Numbered from the stretch's first letter, positions 1 through 10,780 are shown. The stretch is DNA of 64,000 bases from Alphaproteobacteria bacterium (GCA_947487955.1 CANKYV010000003.1:15165-79164); one strand, 5' to 3'. The notes: generated by a model not told the origin, from the letters alone. A program made the numbers and translations.

Positions 1-400
1 ACTAGCAGAAATATTGAAAGAGACAGATCTCTCAGAAATAGAATTTGAAGCAAATGGTGTGAAAATTCGCGTTGCTAGGCAGGTAATACAAGCCTCTGTT
101 TCAACAAGCGTACCAGTAGCTGTAAACGTTGAAACTTCACAATCCCCAGCGCAAGCAACAGCACATCCTGGCACGGTTAAATCACCAATGGTAGGAACTG
201 TTTACTTATCTCCTGAACCAGGCGCTATGCCCTTTGTTAAAGTAGGCGATAGTATAAATGCAGGACAAAATCTATTAATTATTGAAGCCATGAAGGTTAT
301 GAATCCTATCAAGGCTCCTAAAGCCGGCATTGTAAAGAAAATCTTTGTTCGTGATGCTGAGCCCGTTGAATTTGACTCTCCTTTGTTAATTATTGAGTAA
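1..400 (+). CDS. accB: Acetyl-CoA carboxylase biotin carboxyl carrier protein (5'-partial, runs off window start)
   Basis: The frame stays open upstream of the TTG at 14 (LAEIL...). The C-terminal biotinyl domain has the EAMKVMN attachment motif. accC follows 3 nt later. Confidence 0.9.
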   Translation, partial: LAEILKETDLSEIEFEANGVKIRVARQVIQASVSTSVPVAVNVETSQSPAQATAHPGTVKSPMVGTVYLSPEPGAMPFVKVGDSINAGQNLLIIEAMKVMNPIKAPKAGIVKKIFVRDAEPVEFDSPLLIIE

Positions 401-402
401 CA

Positions 403-1749
403 ATGAAACTATTTGAAAAAGTTCTCATCGCAAATCGTGGAGAAATTGCATTACGCATTTTACGCGCTTGCAAAGAAATGGGCATTAAAACGGTTGCTAT
501 ACACTCAACAGCAGACGAAACTAGCAAACATGTACGTTTAGCTGACGAAAGTGTGTGTATTGGCCCCCCTTCCGCAAAAGACAGCTATTTAAAAATGTCT
601 GCAATCATAAGCGCTGCAGAAATCACCGGAGCTGACGCTATACACCCAGGTTTTGGCTTTTTATCTGAAAATGCTGCATTTGCCCAAATGGTTGAAGAAC
701 ATGGGATAACTTTTATCGGCCCTACTCCCCAACACATCACGATGATGGGTGACAAGATCACCGCCAAGAAAACCATGATAGAACTTGGAGTTCCTGTTGT
801 TCCAGGAACTGAAGGCGCTGTAACCGTTGATAATGCCGTTCAATGGGCAAACAAAATTGGTTACCCTGTTATTATTAAGGCAACATCAGGTGGTGGTGGC
901 AAAGGAATGAAAGTTGCCGTTTCTGATGATGAAGTAGTAAACGCAGTTCGCCTTGCTGGTGTTGAAGCTAATGCTAACTTTGGAAATGCTGAAGTCTATA
1001 TGGAGCGCTATTTGCGTAAACCTCGTCACATTGAAATACAAGTTGTTGGCGATACCCATGGAAATGTTGCAAACCTTGGAGAACGTGACTGTTCTATTCA
1101 GCGACGTCACCAGAAGGTATGGGAAGAAGCCCCATCACCTGCTTTGACGACGGCGCAACGCAATACGTTGGGTGAAATCGTAAATAAAGCTATTAAAAAA
1201 ATGGGCTATCGCGGCGTTGGAACCCTAGAGTTTCTTTTTGAAGATGGCCAATTTTTCTTCATGGAAATGAATACACGTATTCAAGTTGAGCATCCTGTCA
1301 CTGAAATGATAACTGGCATTGATTTGATCAAAGAACAAATCATGATTGCAGCTGGCCATCCATTATCATTTACTCAAAACGATATCAAAATTACAGGGCA
1401 CGCTATTGAATGCCGCATTAATGCGGAAGATCCACAAACATTTACGCCATCTCCTGGAAAAGTTACAGCGTATCACACACCAGGTGGATTTGGGGTACGA
1501 GTTGATAGCCATGTGTATCAAGGGTACGTTGTCCCTCCTTATTACGATAGTATGGTGGCAAAGCTTATTGTGCATGGAAAAAACCGCGAAGAAGCTATGC
1601 AAAAAATAAAACGAAGCTTAGATGAATACGTTGTTGATGGCATTAAAACGACAATTCCATTACATCGTATGCTCGTTGATGATCCTGATATGCGCAAAGG
1701 TGAGTATGATATTCACTGGTTAGAAAAACGCTTGAGTGAGAAAGTTTAA
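403..1749 (+). CDS. accC: Acetyl-CoA carboxylase biotin carboxylase subunit
   Basis: 448 aa. Typical N-terminus [26 protein letters not shown]-grasp GGGGKGM loop, and [14 protein letters not shown] motif. Confidence 0.95.
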   Translation: MKLFEKVLIANRGEIALRILRACKEMGIKTVAIHSTADETSKHVRLADESVCIGPPSAKDSYLKMSAIISAAEITGADAIHPGFGFLSENAAFAQMVEEHGITFIGPTPQHITMMGDKITAKKTMIELGVPVVPGTEGAVTVDNAVQWANKIGYPVIIKATSGGGGKGMKVAVSDDEVVNAVRLAGVEANANFGNAEVYMERYLRKPRHIEIQVVGDTHGNVANLGERDCSIQRRHQKVWEEAPSPALTTAQRNTLGEIVNKAIKKMGYRGVGTLEFLFEDGQFFFMEMNTRIQVEHPVTEMITGIDLIKEQIMIAAGHPLSFTQNDIKITGHAIECRINAEDPQTFTPSPGKVTAYHTPGGFGVRVDSHVYQGYVVPPYYDSMVAKLIVHGKNREEAMQKIKRSLDEYVVDGIKTTIPLHRMLVDDPDMRKGEYDIHWLEKRLSEKV

Positions 1750-1813
1750 TTTTTGCCAAAAGATATAAATCTTATAATATTTTAAGAATAGATGGTAAAT
1801 AACCTATGGAAAT

Positions 1814-2422
1814 TTATGAAAAAAATTTCTGCATTAATAAAAAGATAAGATGAAAAGATGTGGCAAAAAATATAAAAATGCCTATGCTCAAAACATAACC
1901 GATCGCCATAAAAACACCATCTTTTGCGATCATTCCTAGCGCAAAAAAAACTATCGCAACACCGCAGAAAAAATTTCCCAAAGGAATTGGCAGCGCAATA
2001 AGCACGCCGTGAATTAAGCACACCACCCCAAGGACTCTCTCTAACAATACAGAAGTTAATAACGCAAAACGTGGCTTGAGGACTTTTTCAATTTTAACCA
2101 GATAAGGATTAAAAATATTAAAAATCGACTCAAAATGCTTTGTAGATAACTTTTGACTCGCAACAAATTTTGGAAAAAAGGCTTTTTTTCGTCTTAATAT
2201 CATTTGCATACTTACAAAAATAAGGGCGATCCCCAAAAAAACAGAAATTCCAGGAATTGAAGCAAGCAAACAAGCATTAGGTATTGCCAATATAAGCAAC
2301 AATACCCCAAATGATCTTTCTTTTAGTTCTTCAATAAAATCATAAAAAGTAAAATGCTCGTTTTTTATGCTTTTTAAGAAAGAATTCAAGATTGTTGTTA
2401 TTTTATCTGCTCTAATACCCAT
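1814..2422 (-). CDS. ExoD-family exopolysaccharide synthesis membrane protein
   Basis: The motif pattern SFGVLLLILAIPNA...LPIPLGN...ALGMIAKDG is typical of the ExoD family. I chose the ATG at 2422 (MGIRADK...); the ORF-track start at 2548 adds an implausible AT-rich leader. Confidence 0.7.
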   Translation of the reverse strand: MGIRADKITTILNSFLKSIKNEHFTFYDFIEELKERSFGVLLLILAIPNACLLASIPGISVFLGIALIFVSMQMILRRKKAFFPKFVASQKLSTKHFESIFNIFNPYLVKIEKVLKPRFALLTSVLLERVLGVVCLIHGVLIALPIPLGNFFCGVAIVFFALGMIAKDGVFMAIGYVLSIGIFIFFATSFHLIFLLMQKFFS

Positions 2423-2665
2423 TATCGATAACAAAAAATACATTAAACAATTAAATTCTAAATAATAATCACTACAAATTAAAATATAATTAATATAGAT
2501 AAAAAATTTCAGTTCAATAGTGAAATAATTTTTATCAGAAATATCCAAAAATCAAATAACAATCTGATTCTGGAATACATTGGTTTTTTTCAATCTTCTC
2601 TAACTACTATTAGCTAATTGTTAATATCCTTGTTTCATACTGAAAAAAAACAATAGTTACAAAAA

Positions 2666-3520
2666 GTGAGATTTTGGGTTGGCGTAGGTATAGTCGTTTT
2701 CTGCATCTTATTAGGATATCTAATAGGTGGTGGACATCTTATTGTATTATTGCAGCCATCTGAAATTATTATCATTGTCGGAGTCGGTGCAGGCTCATTC
2801 ATTATTTCTAACTCAAGCAAAACGCTTGGTCGTCTAAGAGAAACTCTAAAAATTGCTAGAGAAGGCGCTTCATATACACAAGATGATTATCTTGAATCCT
2901 TATTACTGCAGTTTACGCTTTTCAAACTTGCGCGCAGTCAAGGTATGCTATCATTAGAGCCTCACGTTGATAATCCTCAAGAAAGCGTTATTTTTCAAAG
3001 CTTTCCTATCTTTATGCGGCACAAAGAAGCGCTTGATTTTTTGTGTGATTACTTACGAGTAATATCCATGGGTTGTGAAAGCCCATTTTTAATAGAAAGC
3101 TTATTTGATCAAGAAATTGAAACACTTGAAGAAGATAATAATCACATAATTTCAGCCATACAAAACCTAGCAGATGCAGCGCCTGCTCTTGGTATTGTTG
3201 CAGCTGTTTTAGGTGTGATTCACACAATGGGCTCTATAGATCAACCACCTGCAGCCCTTGGAAAATTAATTGCTGGCGCACTTGTAGGCACTTTCTTAGG
3301 TGTACTTATTGCATATGGTTTTTTAGGTCCTATTGCTTATTCACTAAGAGAAGCATACACAGCAAAACGCGGATTTTTAATGGTTATCCGCACAGGAATA
3401 TTGGCATATTTGGATGATCAAGCCCCCATCGTTGCAGTAGAATTCGCTAGAAAAAATATAGATCCATTATTAAGACCATCTTTTGATGAACTCGAAAAAG
3501 CAACAAGAGAATTGAAGTAA
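2666..3520 (+). CDS. motA: Flagellar motor stator protein MotA
   Basis: 284 aa, GTG start, four TM segments, MotA/TolQ/ExbB channel motif AAPALGIVAAVLGVIHTM. motB follows immediately. Confidence 0.9.
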   Translation: MRFWVGVGIVVFCILLGYLIGGGHLIVLLQPSEIIIIVGVGAGSFIISNSSKTLGRLRETLKIAREGASYTQDDYLESLLLQFTLFKLARSQGMLSLEPHVDNPQESVIFQSFPIFMRHKEALDFLCDYLRVISMGCESPFLIESLFDQEIETLEEDNNHIISAIQNLADAAPALGIVAAVLGVIHTMGSIDQPPAALGKLIAGALVGTFLGVLIAYGFLGPIAYSLREAYTAKRGFLMVIRTGILAYLDDQAPIVAVEFARKNIDPLLRPSFDELEKATRELK

Positions 3521-3523
3521 GTA

Positions 3524-4588
3524 ATGTCCAAATACCCTCCTGTAATCATCAAAAAATATAAGAAATCCCATCAAGCCGCACACGGTGGTGCCTGGAAGAT
3601 TGCATACGCTGATTTTATTACGTCAATGATGGCATTGTTTCTACTAATGTGGCTAATTAGCGTTACAACAGAAGAAACAAAAAGAGGTATCTCGGAGTAT
3701 TTTACAACAAGCATTATTAGCATGAAATCAGCCAATGCCGGCACTGGCATAATTAATGGAGATAACGCATCAACACAAAATGGCAGCAATGATCAAGAAG
3801 AACCAAAAACCGAAGAAAACAAAAAATACAATTCTTATAATTCAAATGTTTCAATACAAAACAACCAACACATTCAACAAATGTCAACAAACGTATCAAC
3901 TACACTTCAAGATGCTAATAAGCAGCAACAAGGTACTATTGCTAAAAATATTAATGCAGAATTTTTAAAAAAAACCGAAGAAAAAGAGCTCGAAGAAAAT
4001 GTTGAAGAAATAGCTAATGAAATCGCAGCGACCAAACAAGCTCAAGAAGAAATACGTCAAAGTATTGAGAATAGCATAAGAAATGCTTTTAATTCAGTGC
4101 AAGAAGTAGAAAAATTTAAGCACAACCTTATTATCGAGTTAACTGACGAAGGCATTAGAATTCAAATAGTTGATAGTTCTGAACACGAAATGTTTAAAAC
4201 TGGCAGTGCGATACCAGCAAAATTCACAGAAACAATTATCAGAACTTTAGGCGAAATTCTCACAACCTTACCAAATAAAATTGAAATTACAGGTCATACT
4301 GATTCTCTACCCTATCGTCATAAAAAATATAGTAATTGGGAATTATCCGCAGATAGAGCAAATTCTACCCGAAGAATTTTAGAAGAAAGTGGGGTAAAAA
4401 ATGATAGGTTTGAAGAAGTTAATGGTCGTGCCGACAAAGACCCTTTAAATAAAATAGACCCAAAAGCACCAGAAAATAGGCGTGTAAGCATCACTGTTTT
4501 GTATAATGATTCACAACAATCATTAGAAGCTATGGAGACAGAAGATCAAAAAAACAACAACAGCAATATGCCAAAAATAATTCTGTAA
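3524..4588 (+). CDS. motB: Flagellar motor stator protein MotB (OmpA-like C-terminal domain, extended N/Q/E-rich linker)
   Basis: N-terminal AHGGAWKIAYADFITSMMALFLLMW (MotB TM/plug region). C-terminal OmpA-like peptidoglycan-binding motif TGHTDSLPY...NWELSADRANSTRR...NRRVSI. Confidence 0.9.
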   Translation: MSKYPPVIIKKYKKSHQAAHGGAWKIAYADFITSMMALFLLMWLISVTTEETKRGISEYFTTSIISMKSANAGTGIINGDNASTQNGSNDQEEPKTEENKKYNSYNSNVSIQNNQHIQQMSTNVSTTLQDANKQQQGTIAKNINAEFLKKTEEKELEENVEEIANEIAATKQAQEEIRQSIENSIRNAFNSVQEVEKFKHNLIIELTDEGIRIQIVDSSEHEMFKTGSAIPAKFTETIIRTLGEILTTLPNKIEITGHTDSLPYRHKKYSNWELSADRANSTRRILEESGVKNDRFEEVNGRADKDPLNKIDPKAPENRRVSITVLYNDSQQSLEAMETEDQKNNNSNMPKIIL

Positions 4589-5337
4589 ATACCAAAAAAG
4601 CAAAAACTAAACCGACTTAAAAACCACAACAAAGTTTGAATTGTTAAAATACCAAGACCAGTTGTAATTCCAATCAAAATAAGCTGTGAAGCTGTAAAAA
4701 TCTCTTTAGGGTTAGGCGTATCAATCATCACTAAAGCAGACGCACCTAAAATAGTGGGAATTGCCATCAAAAACGAAAAACGAGTTGCCTCTACTCTATT
4801 TAACCCTAAGAATCTAGCAGCTGTCAGACACATTCCAGAACGACTTGCGCCCGGAATGAAAGCAAAACACTGCGCAATTCCAATAAACAAACCTCTTTTA
4901 TATGTAACAAACCGATCTTTCACAGGATTAGAATCAGCTATAATCAAAAACAATCCAAAAACAATGCTTGCAATCCCCATTACAAAGATGCTCTCAGAAG
5001 TAGAACCAAATATTTTCTTTATCAAAAAACCAACAATCAGTGCAGGAACAGATGAAAAAATTAAAATCCATGCCAAATTTCGGTATTGCTTACCAGGGTG
5101 TTTTTTCAACCGCTTGATATCATAAACCCAAATTCCAAAACACATCAAAAAAATATCTTTTAGAAAGTATATAAATAACGCTAATAAAGAACCAAAATGT
5201 AGCGCTACATGAGTTTCAAATCCACCCGTCTTTGTCCCAAAGAAATTTTCAAGCACAACAAGGTGTGCGCTTGAGCTTATGGGCAAAAATTCTGCTATGC
5301 CCTGAAATACACTTAAAAAAACTAGATCATTTGTCAT
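4546..5337 (-). CDS. uppP: Undecaprenyl-diphosphate phosphatase
   Basis: 263 aa polytopic protein with the BacA/UppP hallmarks GIAEFLPISSSAHL and PGASRSG. Its start overlaps the acnA stop (TGATG). Confidence 0.9.
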   Translation of the reverse strand: MTNDLVFLSVFQGIAEFLPISSSAHLVVLENFFGTKTGGFETHVALHFGSLLALFIYFLKDIFLMCFGIWVYDIKRLKKHPGKQYRNLAWILIFSSVPALIVGFLIKKIFGSTSESIFVMGIASIVFGLFLIIADSNPVKDRFVTYKRGLFIGIAQCFAFIPGASRSGMCLTAARFLGLNRVEATRFSFLMAIPTILGASALVMIDTPNPKEIFTASQLILIGITTGLGILTIQTLLWFLSRFSFCFFGIYRIIFGILLLLFF

Positions 5338-7949
5338 CAGGCTGCCAACATGTTCAGTACAAAAGGTAGAATGCCACCACTTAAAAAGTACTGTATTTCA
5401 TCCTCTGTATCAATCCTCACTAAAACCGGCACTTGCTGTTCAATAATACCTTTAAAAATTATTTGAACTACCATTTTTGGGTAGATACCATTTGTAAATC
5501 CTTGAATATGAATTTGCTCAGTTCCATCTAATTGTAAAGTTTTTCGCGTAGTACCAGGCATAAATTCCAATGGTAATACACCCATGCCAACTAGGTTAGA
5601 TCTATGAATACGCTCAAAACTCTCTGCAATTACTGCTTTTACTCCCAGTAGACGAGTACCTTTAGCAGCCCAATCTCTGGAAGAGCCAGTGCCATATTCT
5701 TTACCCGCTACAATCACAAGCGGAATATCTTTTTGTATATACGCTTGCGCCGCATCATATATACTCATTTGTTTATCTTGCTCAAATAATTTTGTGTATC
5801 CACCACTAACACCAAGGAGTATCTCATTTTGCAATCGAATGTTTGAAAATGTTCCTCGTACCATAACTTCATGATTACCACGCCTTGCACCATAGGAATT
5901 GAAATCTGAACAAGCAACCAAGTTTGTTTGCAAGTAAGCGCCAGCCGGACTATTTTCTTTAATGCTTCCAGCAGGAGAAATATGATCAGTTGTCACGCTA
6001 TCACCAAGCAACACAAGAATTCGCGCATTTTCTATATCTATTGCTTCATTTGCTTTCATTTCAAAATAAGGAGGGTGTTTTATGTAAGTACTATCAACAT
6101 CCCAAGCGTAGGTTCGTGATGATTCAGCACTCACCCTTTGCCATAGAGCATCCCCTTCAAATACGGTTTTATAACGCTTTGCAAAAATCTCCGGTGTCAC
6201 GACTTTTTTGACAAGATCTTGAATTTCTTGAGTACTTGGCCAAATGTCTTTTAAAAAGATATCCTGTCCCTCGCTTCCCTTACTAATAGGTTCTTCAGCA
6301 AGATTAATAGCTGTTGTTCCAGCTAGAGCAAAAGCCACTACCAATGGAGGAGAAGCTAGATAATTTGCTTTAACATGTGGATTAATTCGACCTTCAAAAT
6401 TTCTATTACCAGAAAGAACAGCTGAAACAGCTAAATTATGATCATCAATAGTACTAGTAATTGCTTCATCTAGAGGACCAGAATTACCGATACATGTTGT
6501 ACATCCATATCCAACAACATGGAAACCAATATTTTCAAGATCTTCCATTAAACCACTTTTTTCTAGGTATTCTGTCACCACTTGAGAACCTGGGGCTAAA
6601 CTAGTTTTAACCCAAGGTTTAGCTTTCAATCCTAATTGTCTAGCCTTTCTAGCAAGTAACCCTGCTCCAATCATCACTGCAGGATTTGATGTGTTTGTGC
6701 AGCTAGTAATTGCTGCAATAACAACATCGTGGTGATCCAATTGAAAGTCCTTTTCCTTTACGTCTACACCCTTTGATAAGCTTGTTAAGCCAAGTGCTGT
6801 ACCTTTTAAATCCTTTAAAAAAATTTTATCTTGAGGACGTTTTGGACCAGCTAAGCTTGGGTAGATAGTTGTTAAATCAAGATTAATGGTATCTTTAAAT
6901 CTAGGCTCCACTCCATCATTCCAAAGTCCTTGAGCTTTTGCATAGCTCTCGACTAACTCTATTTGCTCACTGCTCCGATTAGTAAGTTTTAAATAATTGA
7001 TCGTTTCTGAATCTATGGGAAAAAATCCACAAGTAGCACCATACTCAGGAGCCATGTTTGCAATAGTTGCACGATCCGCTAAAGATAACCATTTCAAGCC
7101 TGGACCATAAAATTCAACAAATTTTCCAACAACGCCTTTTGTTCGTAACAAATTTGTAATTGTTAAAACTAAATCAGTAGCAGTAATACCCTCACTTAAA
7201 ACACCATCTAAACGCATTCCCACTACTTCAGGAATAAGCATGGTTTGCGGTTGTCCAAGCATAGCCGCTTCTGCTTCAATGCCACCAACTCCCCATCCAA
7301 GCACTCCAAGACCATTAACCATAGTAGTGTGACTATCAGTACCGACGACAGTATCGGGATACGCTAGTAATTCTCCATCTTTTTCAGAACTCCACACTAC
7401 CCTTGCAAGATATTCCAAGTTTACTTGGTGGCAAATCCCAGTACCAGGAGGGACAACTCTGAAGTTTTTAAATGCTTTTTGCCCCCAATTTAAAAAACGA
7501 TAGCGCTCTATATTTCGCTGGTATTCCAATTGAACATTTTCAGAAAAAGCAGTTTTTGTACCAAATTTATCGACCATTATCGAGTGATCAATTACTAAAT
7601 CCACAGGTATTAATGGGTTGATCTTTTCAACATTACCCCCTTTTTTCACCATAGCGTCACGCATAGCTGCAAGATCTACAACAGCAGGTACACCAGTAAA
7701 ATCTTGCATAAGAACACGAGTAGGAAAAAAAGAAATCTCCGATAGAGGAGCGCCTGAATTCACAGAATTAACAATTGCTTCTAAGTCAGTACGAGTCACT
7801 CGCTTACCGTCAAAATGCCTCAACAGATTTTCCAAAAGAATTTTTAAAGAAAAAGGAAGCTGGCTAATATCACCCATAGTATCTATCGCATAGTAAGAAT
7901 AATTCTTATTACCAACACGCAGTGTTTTTTTAACAGATACTAACGACAT
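5337..7949 (-). CDS. acnA: Aconitate hydratase A
   Basis: 870 aa. Aconitase family motifs VGTDSHTTM, ITSCTNTSNP, CTTCIGNSG, and the C-terminal swivel domain GKEYGTGSSRDWAAKG. Confidence 0.95.
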   Translation of the reverse strand: MSLVSVKKTLRVGNKNYSYYAIDTMGDISQLPFSLKILLENLLRHFDGKRVTRTDLEAIVNSVNSGAPLSEISFFPTRVLMQDFTGVPAVVDLAAMRDAMVKKGGNVEKINPLIPVDLVIDHSIMVDKFGTKTAFSENVQLEYQRNIERYRFLNWGQKAFKNFRVVPPGTGICHQVNLEYLARVVWSSEKDGELLAYPDTVVGTDSHTTMVNGLGVLGWGVGGIEAEAAMLGQPQTMLIPEVVGMRLDGVLSEGITATDLVLTITNLLRTKGVVGKFVEFYGPGLKWLSLADRATIANMAPEYGATCGFFPIDSETINYLKLTNRSSEQIELVESYAKAQGLWNDGVEPRFKDTINLDLTTIYPSLAGPKRPQDKIFLKDLKGTALGLTSLSKGVDVKEKDFQLDHHDVVIAAITSCTNTSNPAVMIGAGLLARKARQLGLKAKPWVKTSLAPGSQVVTEYLEKSGLMEDLENIGFHVVGYGCTTCIGNSGPLDEAITSTIDDHNLAVSAVLSGNRNFEGRINPHVKANYLASPPLVVAFALAGTTAINLAEEPISKGSEGQDIFLKDIWPSTQEIQDLVKKVVTPEIFAKRYKTVFEGDALWQRVSAESSRTYAWDVDSTYIKHPPYFEMKANEAIDIENARILVLLGDSVTTDHISPAGSIKENSPAGAYLQTNLVACSDFNSYGARRGNHEVMVRGTFSNIRLQNEILLGVSGGYTKLFEQDKQMSIYDAAQAYIQKDIPLVIVAGKEYGTGSSRDWAAKGTRLLGVKAVIAESFERIHRSNLVGMGVLPLEFMPGTTRKTLQLDGTEQIHIQGFTNGIYPKMVVQIIFKGIIEQQVPVLVRIDTEDEIQYFLSGGILPFVLNMLAA

Positions 7950-8011
7950 AAAACTTAACCCTCTTTAGAATATGTATAGGCTAGCTTGGTGAGCTATCAT
8001 AAATCAAGAGG

Positions 8012-8311
8012 CTATATATTCATGGAGGTTAGTGTTTTTAAAACATTCGCAAGCGAAGAAATAACCTTTGTTTTAACTTCAAATTCTAGCATTAGCTCTT
8101 TGAGCAATGGCGCTATTTGTTCAATGTCACCAACTCCTGACACATAATTTGTCATCATTCCTTCAACTTCTTCAGATTTATTTAAAAATTCCTTCATGTC
8201 AGCTTTAAAAAAGTCTGCAAAACTTCCATTTGTTTCAGAAGCTTGAGGTAATTTTTGGGGAGATACAGCGCTTACTGATGAAAGCAATCCACTTTTAATA
8301 GCTTCAACCAT
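8012..8311 (-). CDS. fliE: Flagellar hook-basal body complex protein FliE (probable)
   Basis: 99 aa, about the FliE size. The layout (F..FF...L then a C-terminal amphipathic helix ending ...TSMNI) resembles FliE. It lies directly downstream of flgH in the rod/ring operon. The sequence is divergent. Confidence 0.55.
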   Translation of the reverse strand: MVEAIKSGLLSSVSAVSPQKLPQASETNGSFADFFKADMKEFLNKSEEVEGMMTNYVSGVGDIEQIAPLLKELMLEFEVKTKVISSLANVLKTLTSMNI

Positions 8312-8356
8312 AAATACATCAAGAATAAAATTTCTATTAGTAGTATGAACAAAACT

Positions 8357-9178
8357 TTAGAATGGTAAAAGCTTATTGAGATATTGTTGTCCCCATGGCG
8401 CTTGTTGCGCATCGCTAAGATCGCCTCTACCACCATAGCTAATACGAAGGTTAGCAATTTTTTGACTATTAATTTTATTACTCGAATTAATATCTTCTCG
8501 TCGAACTACTCCTTTAATTTCTATCTCACGAAGCTCATTAATAAGGCGAACTTCTTCACGCCCCTGAATTACTAGATTTCCATTAGGAAGGATTTGAATT
8601 ACTACAGCCGACATAGTAAATTGCATTTTATCTTTCACATCATAAGATGCAGTTGAACTATGGTCTGGGTTACTAGTCATTCCAACCCAGTTACCCGTAA
8701 GTCCAGAAGGAGTATTAGCATTAGTAACTGGATTACTGCCTGATAAGTCTCCATCTTGGCCCCTTTTTCCAGGAAGGGCACGAGATAAACGTTTTTGAAT
8801 TGGAAATGCATGACCAAGCACTTCACTAACTGAAGTGTTAAGAGTACTTTGTCGTTGAATACTAGGATTCATTTGTATGTTTTGTGAACGATTTATATCG
8901 ACTTCAACCGTTAATACATCACCAACTTTGCCTGCACGTTGGTCTTTAAAGAAAGCACGGGAGCCAGTTTGCCATAAAGAATTTGTAGGTTTTCCTGGAT
9001 CTGGCATAGGTGATGGCATTGGCATATCTACAGGTTCATACCCAGGAACATCTTTTGGATTTTTTATTTGTGTCATTTGTGGAGGCTCACCTATTGTTGA
9101 AAGATTGGTTGCCAAATTACAACCAGGCAATAACACAATAAGGAGCAACGAGGCTAAATATAACTTACGCAAAACCAT
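8357..9178 (-). CDS. flgH: Flagellar L-ring lipoprotein FlgH
   Basis: Lipobox LLPGC. The conserved SLWQTGSRAFFKDQRAGKVGDVLTVEV and ISYGGRG motifs are typical of FlgH. Confidence 0.9.
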   Translation of the reverse strand: MVLRKLYLASLLLIVLLPGCNLATNLSTIGEPPQMTQIKNPKDVPGYEPVDMPMPSPMPDPGKPTNSLWQTGSRAFFKDQRAGKVGDVLTVEVDINRSQNIQMNPSIQRQSTLNTSVSEVLGHAFPIQKRLSRALPGKRGQDGDLSGSNPVTNANTPSGLTGNWVGMTSNPDHSSTASYDVKDKMQFTMSAVVIQILPNGNLVIQGREEVRLINELREIEIKGVVRREDINSSNKINSQKIANLRISYGGRGDLSDAQQAPWGQQYLNKLLPF

Positions 9179-9953
9179 AAATAATTTCCGCTGTACTTGG
9201 ACCTACAACTTTTGCTGATATTTTTTTTATCATTTGTTTTGAATTATCTTGTTGCGTTTCAAATGTGCCTGTATCCCCATAAGCTAAATCCTGGGTTGCT
9301 CGTGCTTTAGCGCTTACTAACAAACATTGACTGCGATAAACGACATCAACCATCTCTCCTCTTTTAATAATTATTGGATTTTTTAATAAAGATCTCTCAA
9401 CTGGCAATCCAGGTTTTACGATTGTATGAGCTGATGTCTTGCCAACTAGATCATTGGCATCCATCACCACCATGGCATTGAGCTGATCAACCGGATAAGA
9501 TTGGTAGCCTACATCAGATACATTAATAATATCATCTGCACCTATAGGTCTAAGTAATATGGGAATATGCGCTAGCCATTCAATTTTTCCAGAAAAAATA
9601 ATTTGCTCACCAGATTTGAATCTTAAAGTCATTTCAAAATCTCGTTGCTGCGGAGAAATATTTAACTCACTAACTTCTGCGCTATCTAAGCTTGTAGATT
9701 CTGCAATAGTTTGATTTGACATTCTTTCAATGATTACATTGAAGTTCTTTGTATTAATTTTTTTCTCAATAATAGGCTGTGAAAAATTTGCAAGATCTAA
9801 CTTAGAAAATCTTCCCTTTGATAGAGCTTTCTCAGCACTCAGACAATTCATGTTTGAAAATGCTATTATAATTGCAGTACTAAAAAAAACTACAATACTT
9901 GAAAAATCTCTCTTTTCAGAAAAAAAACTAAAAAATTTACTCAAACTAATCAT
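9165..9953 (-). CDS. flgA: Flagellar basal-body P-ring formation chaperone FlgA
   Basis: N-terminal signal sequence. C-terminal SAF-like segment IVKPGLPVERSLLKNPIIIKRGEMVDVVY. Positioned between flgG and flgH, overlapping flgH by 14 nt. Confidence 0.8.
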   Translation of the reverse strand: MISLSKFFSFFSEKRDFSSIVVFFSTAIIIAFSNMNCLSAEKALSKGRFSKLDLANFSQPIIEKKINTKNFNVIIERMSNQTIAESTSLDSAEVSELNISPQQRDFEMTLRFKSGEQIIFSGKIEWLAHIPILLRPIGADDIINVSDVGYQSYPVDQLNAMVVMDANDLVGKTSAHTIVKPGLPVERSLLKNPIIIKRGEMVDVVYRSQCLLVSAKARATQDLAYGDTGTFETQQDNSKQMIKKISAKVVGPSTAEIIYGFA

Positions 9954-9967
9954 TTTACCCTCCCATG

Positions 9968-10771
9968 CTATTTCATAGCATTTACTGCATGCATCATTGC
10001 ATCGCCTGTTTTTACAGCTTTAGTGAGCATTTCATAAACTTTTTCAATTTTTATTAGATCAGTCATTTCTTCTACTGCATTTACGTTAGATCCTTCGCGA
10101 TAAGCTTGTTTTAAATATCCACGTTGGTTTGTACCTGGCGATCCTGTATCTGGACTTCCAGAAGCATTGGTTTCAACAAACAAACTGTCTCCCATTGCTA
10201 GCAATCCTGAAGGATTAGAAAAGGTTGAAAGTTGCAATTGACCAACATTTACTTCTTGTCCTGGACTTGTTTCTGCATACACTTCACCCATTTGATTAAT
10301 AGAAACTTTCAGAGTGTTTTGCGGAAGGGTAATGCCTGGCTGGATAGTGTAACCCGTTTTTGGCATAACTAATGTATTGTCTTTATCACGACTAAAGCTA
10401 CCAACTCTTGTATAAGCTTTAGTACCATCAGGTAGTGTCACTGAGAAAAAACCATCACCATCAATCATGACATCAAGGCTTCTCCCCGTTTGAATTGCCT
10501 CACCTTGAGAGAACACCCTATAAACAGCCGCAGCTTGCACACCAGTACCAATTTGCACACCTGTTGTATCGGTAGAACCAGATTGTGAGGTCGCAACTCC
10601 CACACTTCCATGATCAATGTACGGAAGGTCATACATCACCAAATATTGACGTTTAAATCCATCTACATTTTGAGAAGCAATATTTTGTGTTTTAATCGCT
10701 AAAAGAGCTTCTTGGCTTTGCAAGCCTGTACGCGCAATATTAAGTGAATCTTGAACTGAAACTGTTGCCAT
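9968..10771 (-). CDS. flgG: Flagellar basal-body distal rod protein FlgG
   Basis: 267 aa. N-terminal rod motif NIASQNVDGFKR. C-terminal SNVNAVEEMTDLIKIEKVYEMLTKAVKTGD, typical of the FlgG/FlgE family. Confidence 0.9.
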   Translation of the reverse strand: MATVSVQDSLNIARTGLQSQEALLAIKTQNIASQNVDGFKRQYLVMYDLPYIDHGSVGVATSQSGSTDTTGVQIGTGVQAAAVYRVFSQGEAIQTGRSLDVMIDGDGFFSVTLPDGTKAYTRVGSFSRDKDNTLVMPKTGYTIQPGITLPQNTLKVSINQMGEVYAETSPGQEVNVGQLQLSTFSNPSGLLAMGDSLFVETNASGSPDTGSPGTNQRGYLKQAYREGSNVNAVEEMTDLIKIEKVYEMLTKAVKTGDAMMHAVNAMK

Positions 10772-10780
10772 AATTTCCTA

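Noticed and set aside
585-1609. Several 60-87-aa ORFs antisense to or out of frame within accC. Similar nested ORFs occur inside acnA, flgH, the asmA-family gene, the AsnB-like genes, the aminotransferases, rlmE (45271-45561) and prfB.
   Set aside because: They lie entirely inside long ORFs with unambiguous family motifs, have odd low-complexity composition and carry no motifs. They are typical shadow ORFs.
2549-2665. Search for sigma-54 or sigma-28 promoter motifs upstream of motA.
   Set aside because: The closest string (TGGAATACATTGGTT) lacks the -12 GC, and no TAAA-N15-GCCGATAA-like element is present.
8272-8457. A 61-aa ORF spanning the flgH-fliE junction.
   Set aside because: It overlaps both better-supported flagellar genes in another frame and has no independent support.
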